From Vicugna vicugna (taxonomy: Eukaryota): DNA of 64,000 nt. How positions within the stretch are numbered: position 1 is the first letter of the stretch; every line of letters begins with the position of its first letter. The notes under the pieces are model-generated. The model was given only the letters and a program-made list of their open reading frames with translations. It did no database searches and was not told where the DNA came from. Below, piece after piece: positions 12,729 through 24,500 of the stretch. The stretch spans positions 2,011,111-2,075,110 of the forward strand of contig MU058824.1 in NCBI GenBank assembly GCA_013265495.1, read 5' to 3'. The translations under genes and the position numbers were made by a program.

Positions 12729-13714
12729 AATGCATTTCCCCTCACTACCTGCACCCAGGTCAGTCAGGAGAGCAGCTGGGAACCAACGGCATTCCTAGGA
12801 CAGAGGAGCCTCCCCGCCCAGTGAGTGTGAAGCAGAGAAAAGAAAGGGTCCTAAGTAGCAGAACAGTTGTCATTCAGTGGAGGCAGATCTTGAGCCCCAC
12901 AGGCTTGTCTCACTGGAGCCTCCCTGCAGCCTGTGGGTGGGCATCTTGATCACCTCACTTTTGCAGATGGGGCATCTGTGGCTCAAAGAGGTTACATGAT
13001 GAGCCCAAGCCCACAGAAGAAGTGTCAGTATCGGCACCTGAACTGAGCACGGCTGCAGAGCACACGTTCTACACACCAAACAGAAGCGCTTCCTGGGAAC
13101 CAAAAGGGAACCTGCCGAAAGGCAGCTCCCGGTTACCAACACCCGGGCTCCTCTCCTTCTCCCAACTGCTCCTAATTCCCACCTCGAAGCCACCTGGGAG
13201 TGAACGACCTAAAGATGTGACTTCCTGAGCAGCCCCACAGATGTAAGGCATCCTCCGCTTCAGAGTCCACGCCCGGGAGCTCAGGTGCCTGGAAACACAG
13301 ACTGAACAGAAAAGCCCTCATTCCAGGTCTAAGTCACCGTTAGTGATGCCGTTTCTGGTTCTAGGTTGACTTGGGACAGCAGAGCTGGGAGAGACTTTGG
13401 ACAGCAGCTTGTTCACACACAAAAGGAAATGGGGGCCGAGAGCAGGGAAGGGACTCACCAAGCTCACACTGAGATGAATTTAGAGCAAAGCAGGGCAAGG
13501 ACCCGGATGTCCTGACCCTCAGCCCAGCCTAAACTGTGACTAATGTTGCTGGGTGCCTGATATGTGCTTCGCTTCACATGAATGATCACATTTAATCCTC
13601 ACAATGACTCAATGACAGGGGTTCAGCTAAAGACACAGAAGCACAAGGAAAGTAAATAACCCTCACCTGGACTCACTAGGAATGACAGACAAACCATATT
13701 CAAACTCAAATGGG

Positions 13715-13822
13715 ACATCATGCATATACATGCATGACTGGGACATTATGTTGTACATCAGAAACTGACACATTGTAACTGACCATGCTTCAATTAAAAA
13801 AAAATCAATTTAAAAATAAAAA
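13715..13822 (+). mobile_element. Short LINE-1 3'-end fragment with A-rich tail
   Basis: ATGCATGACTGGGACATTATGTTGTACATCAGAAACTGACACATTGTAACTGACCATGCTTCAATTAAAAA parallels the L1 end at 20690-20765. Confidence 0.8.
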
Positions 13823-14689
13823 GGGACCCCAGAGGCCATGCACGCAGCCACCAGCCCAGCCAGCCAGGGTCCACACTAGAGAGCAAGGTGCACACCACAC
13901 TCAGGGCAGCGAGCCGCTCGGCCCTGACCAGTGAGGACGCCACAGAGCTTCTGTTTATGCAGCTTCTACTAGTCATATTTACTGAGCTAAAATCTTTTAA
14001 AAACTGAGGAATTTTTTTTAGATTTTAAACTTTTTATTTTGAGATTATAGCACAGAACTTGGCAAAACATAAACACTCATGAAAGGTTAAAGATTCTTAC
14101 TCTGAGTCGCTCAGCTAGTTAATAGCAAAACCAGAAACAACACCCAAGTCTCTCGGATCCGAAAGCCCATGTTCTTTCCTGCCTAACTTTTACTGATTTG
14201 CAGATCCTTTAAGGAGCTGATAAAAGCCACTAACCTTCCCTTTTATTTGGCTCATCCAATTCTTTATTCATTCAACCAATCTCTCCCGAGCACCTATGAC
14301 ATACCAGGCACTGGGGACACTGTGGGGCTAACAGGCTGGCGGGAAGGAGCGTGGTTCACAGCAATTACAGAAGTAAAGTGCACTGGGAGAACACGACAGA
14401 AGGAGGAGCCTGAACCAAGCAGGAGCACAGGAAAAATTTCCTGAAGAGGTCTTACTCAAGTTGTGACTACGAAAATACCCAGCAACGACTTTAGGGAGGC
14501 TTTCCTAAAAAGTCTGTCCCCTCCACCCCGAGGCAGCTCTTGGGGCCAAAGACTCTCCAGCCACCAACATCGAGGGTGGTGAAGAGCCAGGGTGGAAGCC
14601 CTAAGGCTCTGCTGAGCTCTGGGAAGCCAGACACATCTGGACTGACGCCCAGGCGGCAGCTGAGGGACCACACAGAGCACACTGCCCCC

Positions 14690-14790
14690 AAGATCCAATT
14701 CCCAGCTGTGCGACATTGTACAAACTTCCTGGCCCCTCTGAGCCTCCATTTGTTCATCTGTAAAATGGGGCATAGTAGGGATAAACTATA
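14690..14790 (+). mobile_element. MIR SINE fragment
   Basis: Core CCTCTGAGCCTCCATTTGTTCATCTGTAAAATGGGG. Confidence 0.7.
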
Positions 14791-16163
14791 CTACTGTAAG
14801 TGAAGATGCTTTCTAAACTATAACATAATTCAGAAGTAGGAAACTAAGATGATTAAATGTACAACTAGGTTTGAAGAATGTCAAGAATGTCATACTGTCA
14901 GTTAAAGAAGGAATTTGCACTTGTCAAGTTTCCCAGACACCAAGGTTCTCTGCTTCTCCTCTTTTTTTTTAAACTACCATTGGCTTAGGCTAGACTTATG
15001 TTTCTTTTGGGTCAATTTACAGACAACTCATAGGGTTGGAACAGCAACACAAAAGGTCAGAGGCCTGAGAAGGAACTAGGGTCACTTAAAATATTCTGGC
15101 TGTTTTAAAGAATCCCAAGTGTTTTAAGAGCCATAAAAATGTTCTTAGGTTTCATCTAATGATCGTGTCTGCAGAGTTATCCTAGGGAAACAACTCAAAA
15201 CACACAAAGAAGATGTTTATCTCATCATTATTTATAAGCACAAAAAACTGAAAGTAACCTGCATGTTCAAACATAAAGAAACAGTTACATATATTATAAA
15301 TCCCCCCAAAGAAATATTACACTGCCATTAAAAACTTTCAGCACAAGATATTTTCATAACCATTATTACATGACTCAATAAAGTTGGGGGGAAGAAATCA
15401 AGATATATGTAAAAGCTGTGATATAATGTTAACTGGGAAAAGCATGCACGGAACTAAACACTCACAATTGTTAACAACCAGGCAATAAAATATGCACATA
15501 AAACAACTTCAAGAGAAAATACATAAAAAGAGCTCTCTATAGGGGTTATGGGTCAGTTCCCCCCTTTTTTTCTGTTTTCTGAACTTTCTGTGATATTATG
15601 TTATTTTTATAATTAAAGTTGTTTTATACTCAAAAAAAGAACACATGAAGGAATCTTGAGGCAGGTCACAGAGCAGATGGAACCTGAGACCTGGCACCAG
15701 TGGGACTCTTCCAGGATGTCAGCAAGGCCATCCTGCATGCCGCTCCCTTCTGGATGACGCAACGCCACCTAACCCATAACAGCCAAGGCCACGCAGCAAA
15801 GGGAGGACTCTGGTCAGAACTGCAGTTTCCTGACTCTGAATCCAGGCCACTTTCCACTGGGAGAAAACTGGCCTTGTCGTGGGGGGATCTCCCACAGGCT
15901 GGAGGGACTCTGGGGTTCCACTGTGGCTACCCCCTGCTCCCAGAGACAGCCTGCCCTGACAACTATGTTCTCTTCACCGCAGATCTCACTGAGCCAGGTG
16001 GATATTTATCTACTTAATGCTATGGGGAACTCTAGGTCCGGAAAGCACAGAAAGGTCTAAAGTGAGCAAGGGCTGGAGCTGGCTCTAAGCCAAAAGCCAC
16101 CAGGCCACCTGCTGTCCCCTGGGCCAGCTAAAATGGTGAATGACAGAGCGGCAGAGGGCTCAC

Positions 16164-16379
16164 CTCATCCATGCCAGAGGCAGTGAAGAAGATGCCAACC
16201 TCCTCGGCATACTTCTGCAGCTCCCTGTACTGGGCGTGGCTGAATTCCAGGTGGCGTTTGTGCTCCCCGTACGTCTTCCCCCAGGAGTGCTTCGAAGTAT
16301 ACGGCCTCTCCAAGGCTTTCCGATTAAACTTGTATTCCAGCTCACTCTTCTGGAACTTGGCACAATCAGCCCCACACTC
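16164..16379 (-). CDS. NANS: NANS coding exon 2 (216 nt)
   Basis: ECGADCAKFQKSELEYKF...FFTASGMDE; acceptor TTGCAG|GAG, donor GAG|GTGAGC; phase 0/0. Confidence 0.98.
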
Positions 16380-17924
16380 CTGCAACATACGTCAGGGGTC
16401 CTTTCAATGACTAGCCACGGATTCTCAGAGAGGAGAGAAGTTTGGGGGCAACTGACATTAAATTGTTATCTTTAGAAACTATATCGATTTACAGAGGCGT
16501 TAAAAACGCCCCACAACAAGAAACAGGAGAAGCGAGGAAGTCTCAAAGGAAGAACAGGCTGGAGATGGGGGTTCCCCTCTATTTTTCCCTCTTAAAATGT
16601 AGAAAGAAGGTGAGGGGAGGATTTGTTTTGTACAATAATATTAAAAGTAATGAATCAAACAGTTAAAGAAGAAGTTCCGTAACTCAGCACAGGACAATGA
16701 GCACCAGATTAGAATTTAGGAGAAAAAGTCAGAATCTGGCTTAACTTTGACCCTAACTCTTGGATAAGTCCCTTCCTGTCTCGGGGCTCTGTGTCTCCAG
16801 CTACACAAACAGCCATTGGCGGCTGGTTCCAGGACCTGTAACTGTTCTGAGGAGCCCCTTAAGGGGGTGGGAAGCAAAGGAACAACTCAGCTTTTATCTG
16901 TTCTGCACTTAGGCTTTTCTGCATGGCATCTTGTTTGAACAAGAGGTCCTGGGGCAAAAAGCAGACAAATAAAACTTAGAAATGACCCAGCCTTACTGAA
17001 GAGAAGCTATAATACAAGAGCTGGGTTGTCTGTGAAAGCTATAATTTTATTGCCAGCCAGCCTCCAATCTCTCAAAATTGTTTTTAAAAGCCACTCAAGA
17101 GAAGGATTAAAGAAAACCCTCCAAAGTCTCAGCTCACTGACATTTCTGTAAGCACAGAGGTCCTCATGCTGTTGAAAACCTCTCCTCCAGAAATGTCTGT
17201 GCTGGTCAGAACTTGATGCTGGAAAGAAGTTCAAAGAACATGAGAACTGAAAGTGATGTTGTGCAGAGTCCTTATTGTCTAGAGGAAGATCCCAAGGCCT
17301 AGAGTGACCTGACCAAAGCTGCACGGTGAGTCTGGCAGAGCAGCCAGAGGGCTTCCCAGAGTGCTGCTTCCCTCCCTGTGGTCTCACCTCTATCTCAAAA
17401 AGTAGACTTACCCTCAAGCAGTGAAAAAGCTTATCTACACCTAGGCAAACCTTCCCTTTACAGGAAGTAGTAAAGTGAAGTCAAGTAAAAGCAGAAACTT
17501 AATGATAAGAAATCAGATAAAGTTCTACCACATTCCACCTGACAGCGGTTGTATGGGAGGACGGATGGCAGGACAGCAGGTTCCTCCTTTCCCATTCTCA
17601 GCTTCTTCCCTAAATATGAGTGATTTATCTGCTTAATGCTATGGTCAACTCTGTAGCATTAGGTTCAGAAAACTCAACCACTGTCCCTGTTTTACTATTA
17701 AAAATGCTGATGGTTTCTTTGTTCAAGGTTTTATCGAGTCTCTCCTGGCAGAACGCAAGCTGCAGAAGCCCAGAACCAGACAAGGTATGATGCTCCCTTT
17801 GCATCAAAAATTGAAAGTTAAAAGTATATCCAATCAGCAAATCTCTAATTATAATACATTTATATTCCATATATGTCATATTATAATATTGTTATAATAA
17901 AATTTTTATTCTATTAAAATACTG

Positions 17925-18406
17925 TGTGAACAAGAAAAGAACAAACAATGTTGCTCATCATCCAGTTACACAAGGGTTAAGTCACAACCCACTGCGGTCT
18001 CCACAGACGACAGGTCTCCACAGACAGACAGCGCACCCTGAGGTGAATTCAGGATGGAAAAAACAGGACTATGAGGCTTTCTGTGCTTTGGATAAACAGG
18101 CTGGTAGTTAAGATGCATATCCCAGGAAGAATTCCAATGACCCCAGATTCTTGCATTTTCCCACACATTGAACTAAGTCCTAAAATCATTAACTAAGACA
18201 TGTGTTCCTCCTGACTAGCAGCAGCCTTCTACTGATTATGTGAATCCTTCACCAAAATCACATATATACTGACCTCCCCGCTTATCTCTTCAGAACAGCT
18301 TCTCAGAGCTGTCTGAGAGGCTGTCTCCCGGGCTACAGGCCTCAGTAAGACACTGAATAAACTCAGCTCAAAGCTCTCACGTGTGTTTTTGGGTTTCAAG
18401 TTAACA
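17925..18406 (+). mobile_element. ERV1 solo LTR, MER41-like (cetartiodactyl type)
   Basis: TG...CA termini, TATA-like CATATATA, AATAAA at ~18356, and CTCAGAGCTGTCTGAGAGGCTGTCTCCCGGGCT / CCTGAGGTGAATTCAGGATGG blocks that resemble my recollection of MER41_BT. Family name not verified. Confidence 0.75.
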
Positions 18407-18924
18407 GAACTCAAATTTTTTTTAACAGAACTCAGTTTTTAATACTTCAACAGATTTGGTGTATGAACAAGCTAGCTTGTACATAACACACTCTGAGTAA
18501 CTAAACTTGGAAATGTGATTCCATTTGGAAAAAAAAATCCTAAAATATAAGGATTTCAAAAGATTCCACTGCTTTAAATTTAAAAACAGAAATACATACA
18601 TACTGTAAAACGAGTGAAATTGAAGCCTAGAGAGGAAAAGCTCAAGACTGTATCAGCTAGTAAATGATGCCATGACTCTAGTCCAGGGCTCTTTCCACTG
18701 TAACACAGCCTCAACCTCTTCATTCTCCTCCTGGGAGAACTATCCTCCACAGAAAGAAAAAAAAAACAACTATAACTTTGTTTCTATGTCTTCAATATCT
18801 CTAGGAACTTCTGTAACTTCACGATTCAGAGGTCACACCTCTAAAAAAAAAGTTGTTCCCTAAATTAAGAGCAGGAATTTCCCCCTACAAACAATGTTAC
18901 AGTACAAAGGCTGGAGCCTATAGC

Positions 18925-19100
18925 TAGGAGCAAAGCTCTGAAATCAATGAATTACTGGCTGTGTGCCCTTGGACAAGTCACTTACCTTCTCTGAGACTTT
19001 AAAATGAAACCAGCAGTATCTTCTCCATTGGGCTGTTGCAGGAATTAAGTGAGATGGTGCATTTAAAGCACTTAGTAAGCACTCAAAAAAAAGTTAGCAA
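18925..19100 (+). mobile_element. MIR SINE
   Basis: GCTGTGTGCCCTTGGACAAGTCACTTACCTTCTCTGAG...AATTAAGTGAGAT...TAAAGCACTTAG. Confidence 0.72.
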
Positions 19101-19120
19101 TTGTTCCTCATTAATAGTAC

Positions 19121-19615
19121 TTTTTATTTTTTAGATTCCATATATAAATGATAACATAGAGTATTTGTCTTTCTCTAACTTATTTCACTAAACATAATAT
19201 CCTCTAGATCCATCCACGTTGTTGCAAATGGCAGAATTCCATTCTTTTTATGGCTGAGTAATATTCCATCATGTATATATACACCAATTTTCTTTATCCT
19301 TTCATCTGTTGATGGACACTTAGGCTGCAAACAGACTCACAGATACAGAGAACAAACTAGTGGTTACCTCTGGGGAGAGGGAAGTAGGAAGGGGCAACAT
19401 AGGAGTAGAGGGTTAAGAGATAAAAACTACGATGCATAAGATAAGCAACAAGGGTATATTGCATGGCACAGGGAAATATAGCCATTATTTCATAATAACT
19501 TTAAATGGAGTATAACTTATAAAAATACTGAATCACTATGTGGTATACCTGAAACTAATATATTATTGTAAAACAACTATACTTCAATGAAAAATAAATA
19601 ATAATAAAAAATAAA
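19121..19615. mobile_element. LINE-1 3' fragment with 5' inversion (minus 19121-19328, plus 19329-19615)
   Basis: The first part is the reverse complement of L1 sequence lying just upstream of AAACAGACTCACAGA (compare 12250-12500). The second part is sense L1 3' UTR ending in an A-rich tail. Confidence 0.85.
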
Positions 19616-20169
19616 GTTTCTTTATGTTAAAAAAAAAGTATCTTTATGATTCAGTAGGCTTCCATAAAAGGAAAGTTAATTTTGGAAGAGTAAGGAAAAA
19701 CCTAGTCATGAATGACTGGGTGAACAGCACTGACTGAAAGGAAAGTAAAGGAAAAAGATGGAGCGAGCTACCTCTAAGCCAAGGAATCACAGTGCAGATC
19801 TTATGCTGGGGGCTGGAGTCACAATGAAGAACATGATAGGCACCCCCTTCAGGGAGCTCACAGTCTAACAGAGAATTTCAATCAGATGTGACAGTGCAAC
19901 TGGATGGGAACAATTATTGGAGCCCAGCTTTGCAGGAAGGGGTTGGAGAAAGCAACCAAGAGAAGAGAGAAAATGAACGTTCATTAACGTCATATCACTA
20001 ACAGCTACATTTACTGAGTCCTCTGTGCCAAGCACTGTGCTAAGAGCTTTACACAAGTTATCTCATTTGATCCTCACACCTCTATGAGGTAAGTACAAGG
20101 AATGGCAGATGAAAGAGACCACAGCAACTTTCAGGAACTTACTGGAAGTAATTCACTGTCACTGGAAGA

Positions 20170-20329
20170 TGTCAGAGAGGAAAAATAATGGGCAGGAAGA
20201 GGCCAGGTCATTAAGGTCTTGAAGGCTCTGTTAAAGGGTTTCAACTCTACCTGCTGGCAGTAGGAGCTACTTGAAGGTGTCAAGCCGGGGTATGACCTGA
20301 TCAAATCTGTGTTTTAGAAAGATAATTCT
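20170..20329. mobile_element. LINE-2 relic
   Basis: GGCAGTAGGGAGCTACTTGAAGG...TGACCTGATCAAATCTGTGTTTTAGAAAGAT, typical L2 sequence. Confidence 0.65.
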
Positions 20330-20768
20330 AAAAGAATAAAATAATGTCATCAGCAGCAACAGGGATGGACCTGGAGATTGTCATACTAATAAGTAAAGTA
20401 AGTCACAAAGAGAAAGACAAATGCCATACGATATCATTTATGTGGAATCTAAAATATGATACAAACGAAATAGAAACATAGTCCTAGACATAGAAAACAA
20501 ACTTATGGTTACCAAGGGGAAAGGGGGTGGGAAGGGATAAATTAGGAGTTTGAGATTTGCAGATACTAACTACTATATAGAAAATAGATAAACAGCAAGT
20601 TTCTACTGTATAGCACAGGGAACTACATTCAATATCTTGTAGTAACCTATAATGAAAAAGAATATGAGAAGGAATACATGTATGTATATGCATGACTGAA
20701 ACATTATGCTGTGCACCAGACACAACATTGTAAACCTACTATGCTTCAATTTAAAAAAAAAAAAAAAA
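20330..20768 (+). mobile_element. LINE-1 3' end with poly(A) tail and target-site duplication, inserted in an L2 relic
   Basis: L1 3' UTR similar to 12345-12570; pure A tail; AAAGATAATTCT (20318-20329) vs AAAGATCATTCT (20766-20777). Confidence 0.9.
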
Positions 20769-20789
20769 GATCATTCTGCTACCAGAAGC

Positions 20790-21510
20790 GGGCGAAAGAA
20801 GTCGGGTTAGGGCGCAGCTGTAGTAATGCAAACAAATCAGGAGGGTGGCGGAGGATGAAGAAGAGAATTCCAAATATCTGGAAAAGGACCTGGCGAGCTG
20901 CACGCCAGGCCGGATGCAGGGCACGGAGAAGCGGACGGTCCCGGCCTCCGCAGCCCCGCCCCTCCCCTGGCTGGTCTTCCCAGGCCCCGCCCGGCGCCCG
21001 GGTCCTCTAGACTCTCCCTTCACCTTGGCGGTGCGGATCATGCGCTTGGCCACGTCGAGGTCGCCCTGGTGGTTCTGGCCGATCTCCGCAATGATGAAGC
21101 ATGGGTGCTGCCCGCCCACCCAGCGCCCGGGACACAGCTCCAGCTCCAGCGGCATGGCAGCGCCTCGCGCTCCGGCGCAGCAACACCCTCCTCGGCCCCG
21201 CAGCCGTTGCTTCGGGTCAGTTCTGTCGGCAGCCCGGCTAGACGCACACGCCGGCCCTGCCACGTCAGCCGTGGCCGCCGCGCTGCCAATCCCCGGGCGC
21301 CTACTCGCTCCCGACAGCCAATCGGGTCAGGGGGCGGGGCCACACTCCAGAGAGGAGCGGCGGGAAGAGGAATCCCCGCGCCCTTCTCGGGAGCTGAGTG
21401 TGTAGCTCATATCCTGGACGCCTGACCCCTGGCGGTCGCGGGGTCCCCACATTCCCCGAAGGAGTATGGTGGCGGCTTTGGGAGTGAGAAGAGTGCGCTC
21501 GACGGTGTAA
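20790..21510 (-). promoter_or_regulatory. NANS: NANS CpG-island promoter: TGACGTGG (21260-21267), two CCAAT boxes (21286-21290, 21318-21322), GC box (21331-21340)
   Basis: Dense CpG/GC content around exon 1; motifs read directly from the sequence; no obvious TATA box. Confidence 0.85.
21024..21155 (-). CDS. NANS: NANS coding exon 1 (132 nt, aa 1-44), N-acetylneuraminate-9-phosphate synthase
   Basis: Translates MPLELELCPGRWVGGQHPCFIIAEIGQNHQGDLDVAKRMIRTAK, containing the NeuB/sialic acid synthase IIAEIGxNHxG motif. ATG in GCTGCCATGC context inside a CpG island; donor AAG|GTGAAG at 21024/21023. Confidence 0.98.
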
Positions 21511-24500
21511 TGGAAAAAACGGATTCTGGGGTGAGAATTACAGAGCTGGTTCCAGCCCAGCCCCTGCCGCTAACCAGCTCTTGGTCATGAATACCTTAGT
21601 CTTTCTAAGTAAAAATTTCCTTTTTCTCTGAAATGGGGAAATTACATACAGCCCATCTCCTAAGGTTCATGAGATGATGTGTAGAACACCCTGACCACAG
21701 TACTTGGCCTGTAGTAAGCTTTCAACGCCGGTCCTATTATATAAGAGGAAACAAGTTCAGGAAGTTCCACTGCCTTATCCAAAGCCAACCAGAAAGCCGG
21801 AGCGGAGCTGGGACTAGGACCCTTGACTGCCTCTCAGCCTAAGGCTCTTGCAATACATTAATTATACTGGGTTGCAGACGAAGTTGAGAGATAAGAACCA
21901 GTTTGAAGGAAAAAAACTCTTGATTCCCAGCTTGACTTAGCAGAACTAATGGGCTAAGTAACAATAATAACAACAGAAAGGAGAAGAGGAGGCACTCCTG
22001 GATGGAAGGGGAGAAGAGTAGGTTTAGGATCCGAAGGTATAAACATGCAGGTGAAACTGCCCACCAGGCAGGAGGAAGGCAGGTCTGAAGCTCAGAGTAG
22101 AGGTCTGGGCTGGGGAGAGAAACCTGGGAGCCATTCTGAGTAAGGAAAAGACTGAGGATAGGTTAGACTCCCAAAGGAGAGGGTCTGCAGAGGGATAAGC
22201 AGTGTGGAGGAGTGAGCTGCCCTGGAAGGACAGAGAACCAGGGTGTATCCCAAGGAGGAGAGACCCACAAAGTCAAAGGCCCAGAGCAGTGCAGGAGAAT
22301 GAGGAGCAAGAACTTGGGGGGCGTGCGGGGCAGGGGGGAGCCACTGGAGAAGCCGATTTTGTGGTCAAGGGAAGATGAGGTAACAGGAGGTAAAAATTGA
22401 GCTTTTCTTGGAAAAATTGAGTTGTTAAAAGGAGAGGGAAAATGGACCCTGGGCTAGAGGAAGGTGGGTCCCAAAGTTGAGGGGCTCTGAAGAAGTGCGT
22501 ATTTGGAGGCCAGGAGGAAGCAGCCAAAGGGAAAAGGAGTTTGTAGTGGGGTTCATTCATCTGCATTATGCTGAGTGTGCTAGACAAGATGCCACCTGCT
22601 TTATGTTTCTCAAGTTTAAATGGCCTTTCACACCTGGGTGAGGCTGAGCAACGGATCCTGATTCTAAAGAAAATTAAAGCAACTCAGTCACCTTGGGCTA
22701 AAGAAAACCATTATAGCTTTGCATAATTTGTAAATGAGTGGAAACCACACTTAAAGAAAAAAAAAGGAGAAATCATGTTTAAAAGTAGATCATCCCACCA
22801 AAGCAAGTTAGGCTGATGTTATTCGTGGTTAAATAAGGACTTTCAATAAAATATAGTAGTGGCTTGCCTTACTATAGTAAGGAGGAAAGGACACAATCCT
22901 TATTCCACTCTTATTCCTGTTTTTAAAGCCAGTTTCCAGTGCTTTCTGTTGCTTTTTCTGCTTGGATAATGAAACAGTGTTCAATCTGTCCAGATGGATG
23001 AGGACATGTGGGAAGGTCTTTAAAAACAAATTAAAACCAATGATGGACTTTTTTCCGCTACTGGCAGGAGAGTGCAAGGAAGAACTTAGTTTTGGAGAAA
23101 CTAGGGTACCCAGAGTGCTGGGTCATGCAGATCAAAGTAGAGGATTGGACCCAGTTCCCAGAACTGAGACCCTGGGGCTGGGGACCCCAGTGGTCAGTGA
23201 AGGTGATTCCTGCAAAGCCTTCTCCAATTTAGGACTCATGTTTAACTTTTTGCCACTCTGTGATCTAGTTACGCTGAACTATTTTGAGTTCCCCTAAAGG
23301 ATCATGTTCTCTCTCCTCCAGGCCTTGGCACAGGCTGTTTCCCGAGCCTGCACAGTCCCTGCTCCTCTCCAGCCACCATACTGAGCCCTGCCTTCTGCAG
23401 GCTCTTCAGTGTAGAAGTCACTTTCTCTCACAAAGCCCGTGGTGAACAGGACAGACCAGTCCTCTGTATTGTAACTGTGTCCTACAGGGCCAAGAGCTCC
23501 TTGAGAGCAGGGCCTGAACTGTTTCCTACTATGTCCCCAGCACCAAGCACAGGACTTCTAAACACTTACTAGGTGCCAATAAACATTTTCTGAATGGTCA
23601 GAAAAGGAAAGATGACGGCGAAGACTGAGGAATAACTGACTTCACATGTTTATCCCTCAGGCCACATTTAGCCTCCTGAGTGAACATGACTGTCCCCTGA
23701 AGTCAGCTTTCTGGAAAAGTCCCTCTGAAGAAGAAATGAAGTATTCATCTACCCAAGCTCCCCAATCCCAGCTGCTGAGGACCTGCCCTGGTGTCAAGTG
23801 GCCAAAGAATCTGCTTCTCCCAAGGTGCTCAGTTGTTCCATTTATAGGCACCCATCCTGGTCACACCCTGTCCCACACCCACTTCCTGCTTCCTCATCTC
23901 TGTAACATGAACTCATTTTTATAGTGTCCGTGGGAGAACAAGCCCACCATCACACCTTGGGCTGGTGTGGGAGGCAAAAGGCAACTCGTACTGTCTCTGT
24001 GGAAGGCTTCTGTCCTGTGATAAAGTCCAAAAAAAATTTCTTTTTGGAAAGTTGAACACATCTTACCTGCCTCCATTTTCCAAATGCTACCTCACTCACC
24101 CATCTAACAAATAATTCCTGAGTGTCTGCTACATGCCAGGCACCATGTCAGGCACCAGGAATAGAATGGGGAATGAAGAACATGGTCCTTTCCCTGTAAA
24201 CTCCATTTTACAGTAAATGTAGTTTATAAACTATATTCACATATTGATATAAAATCATGAATTATAATAATGGCAATGAAGAAAACAAATTGCGTGCTGT
24301 GTGTGACTAACAAGGGGACCTTCTTTAGATGAGTGCTCAAGAAGAGTCTTTCTGAAGAGAGGACACTGAAGCTGGGACCCCCCCACCCCAAATTCCTTCC
24401 AAATGATAATAATGTCTTCCCATGCTGGGCCCAACAGGATGCTGAAACAGTGGAATGTCCTGAAAAAAGCACAGGGTTTGGAATAAGTCAGGCCTGGGTT

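Noticed and set aside
18401..18440. 21-bp-period duplication TTAACAGAACTCA at the LTR end
   Set aside because: Simple local slippage duplication beside a T run; it is not a target-site duplication and suggests no function.
21286..21336. Possible ERSE element
   Set aside because: Neither CCAAT is followed by N9-CCACG; only the separate UPRE is supported.
20711..21425. Plus-strand ORFs (99-186 aa) over NANS exon 1
   Set aside because: Antisense shadows of a GC-rich exon and promoter; no domain similarity recognised.
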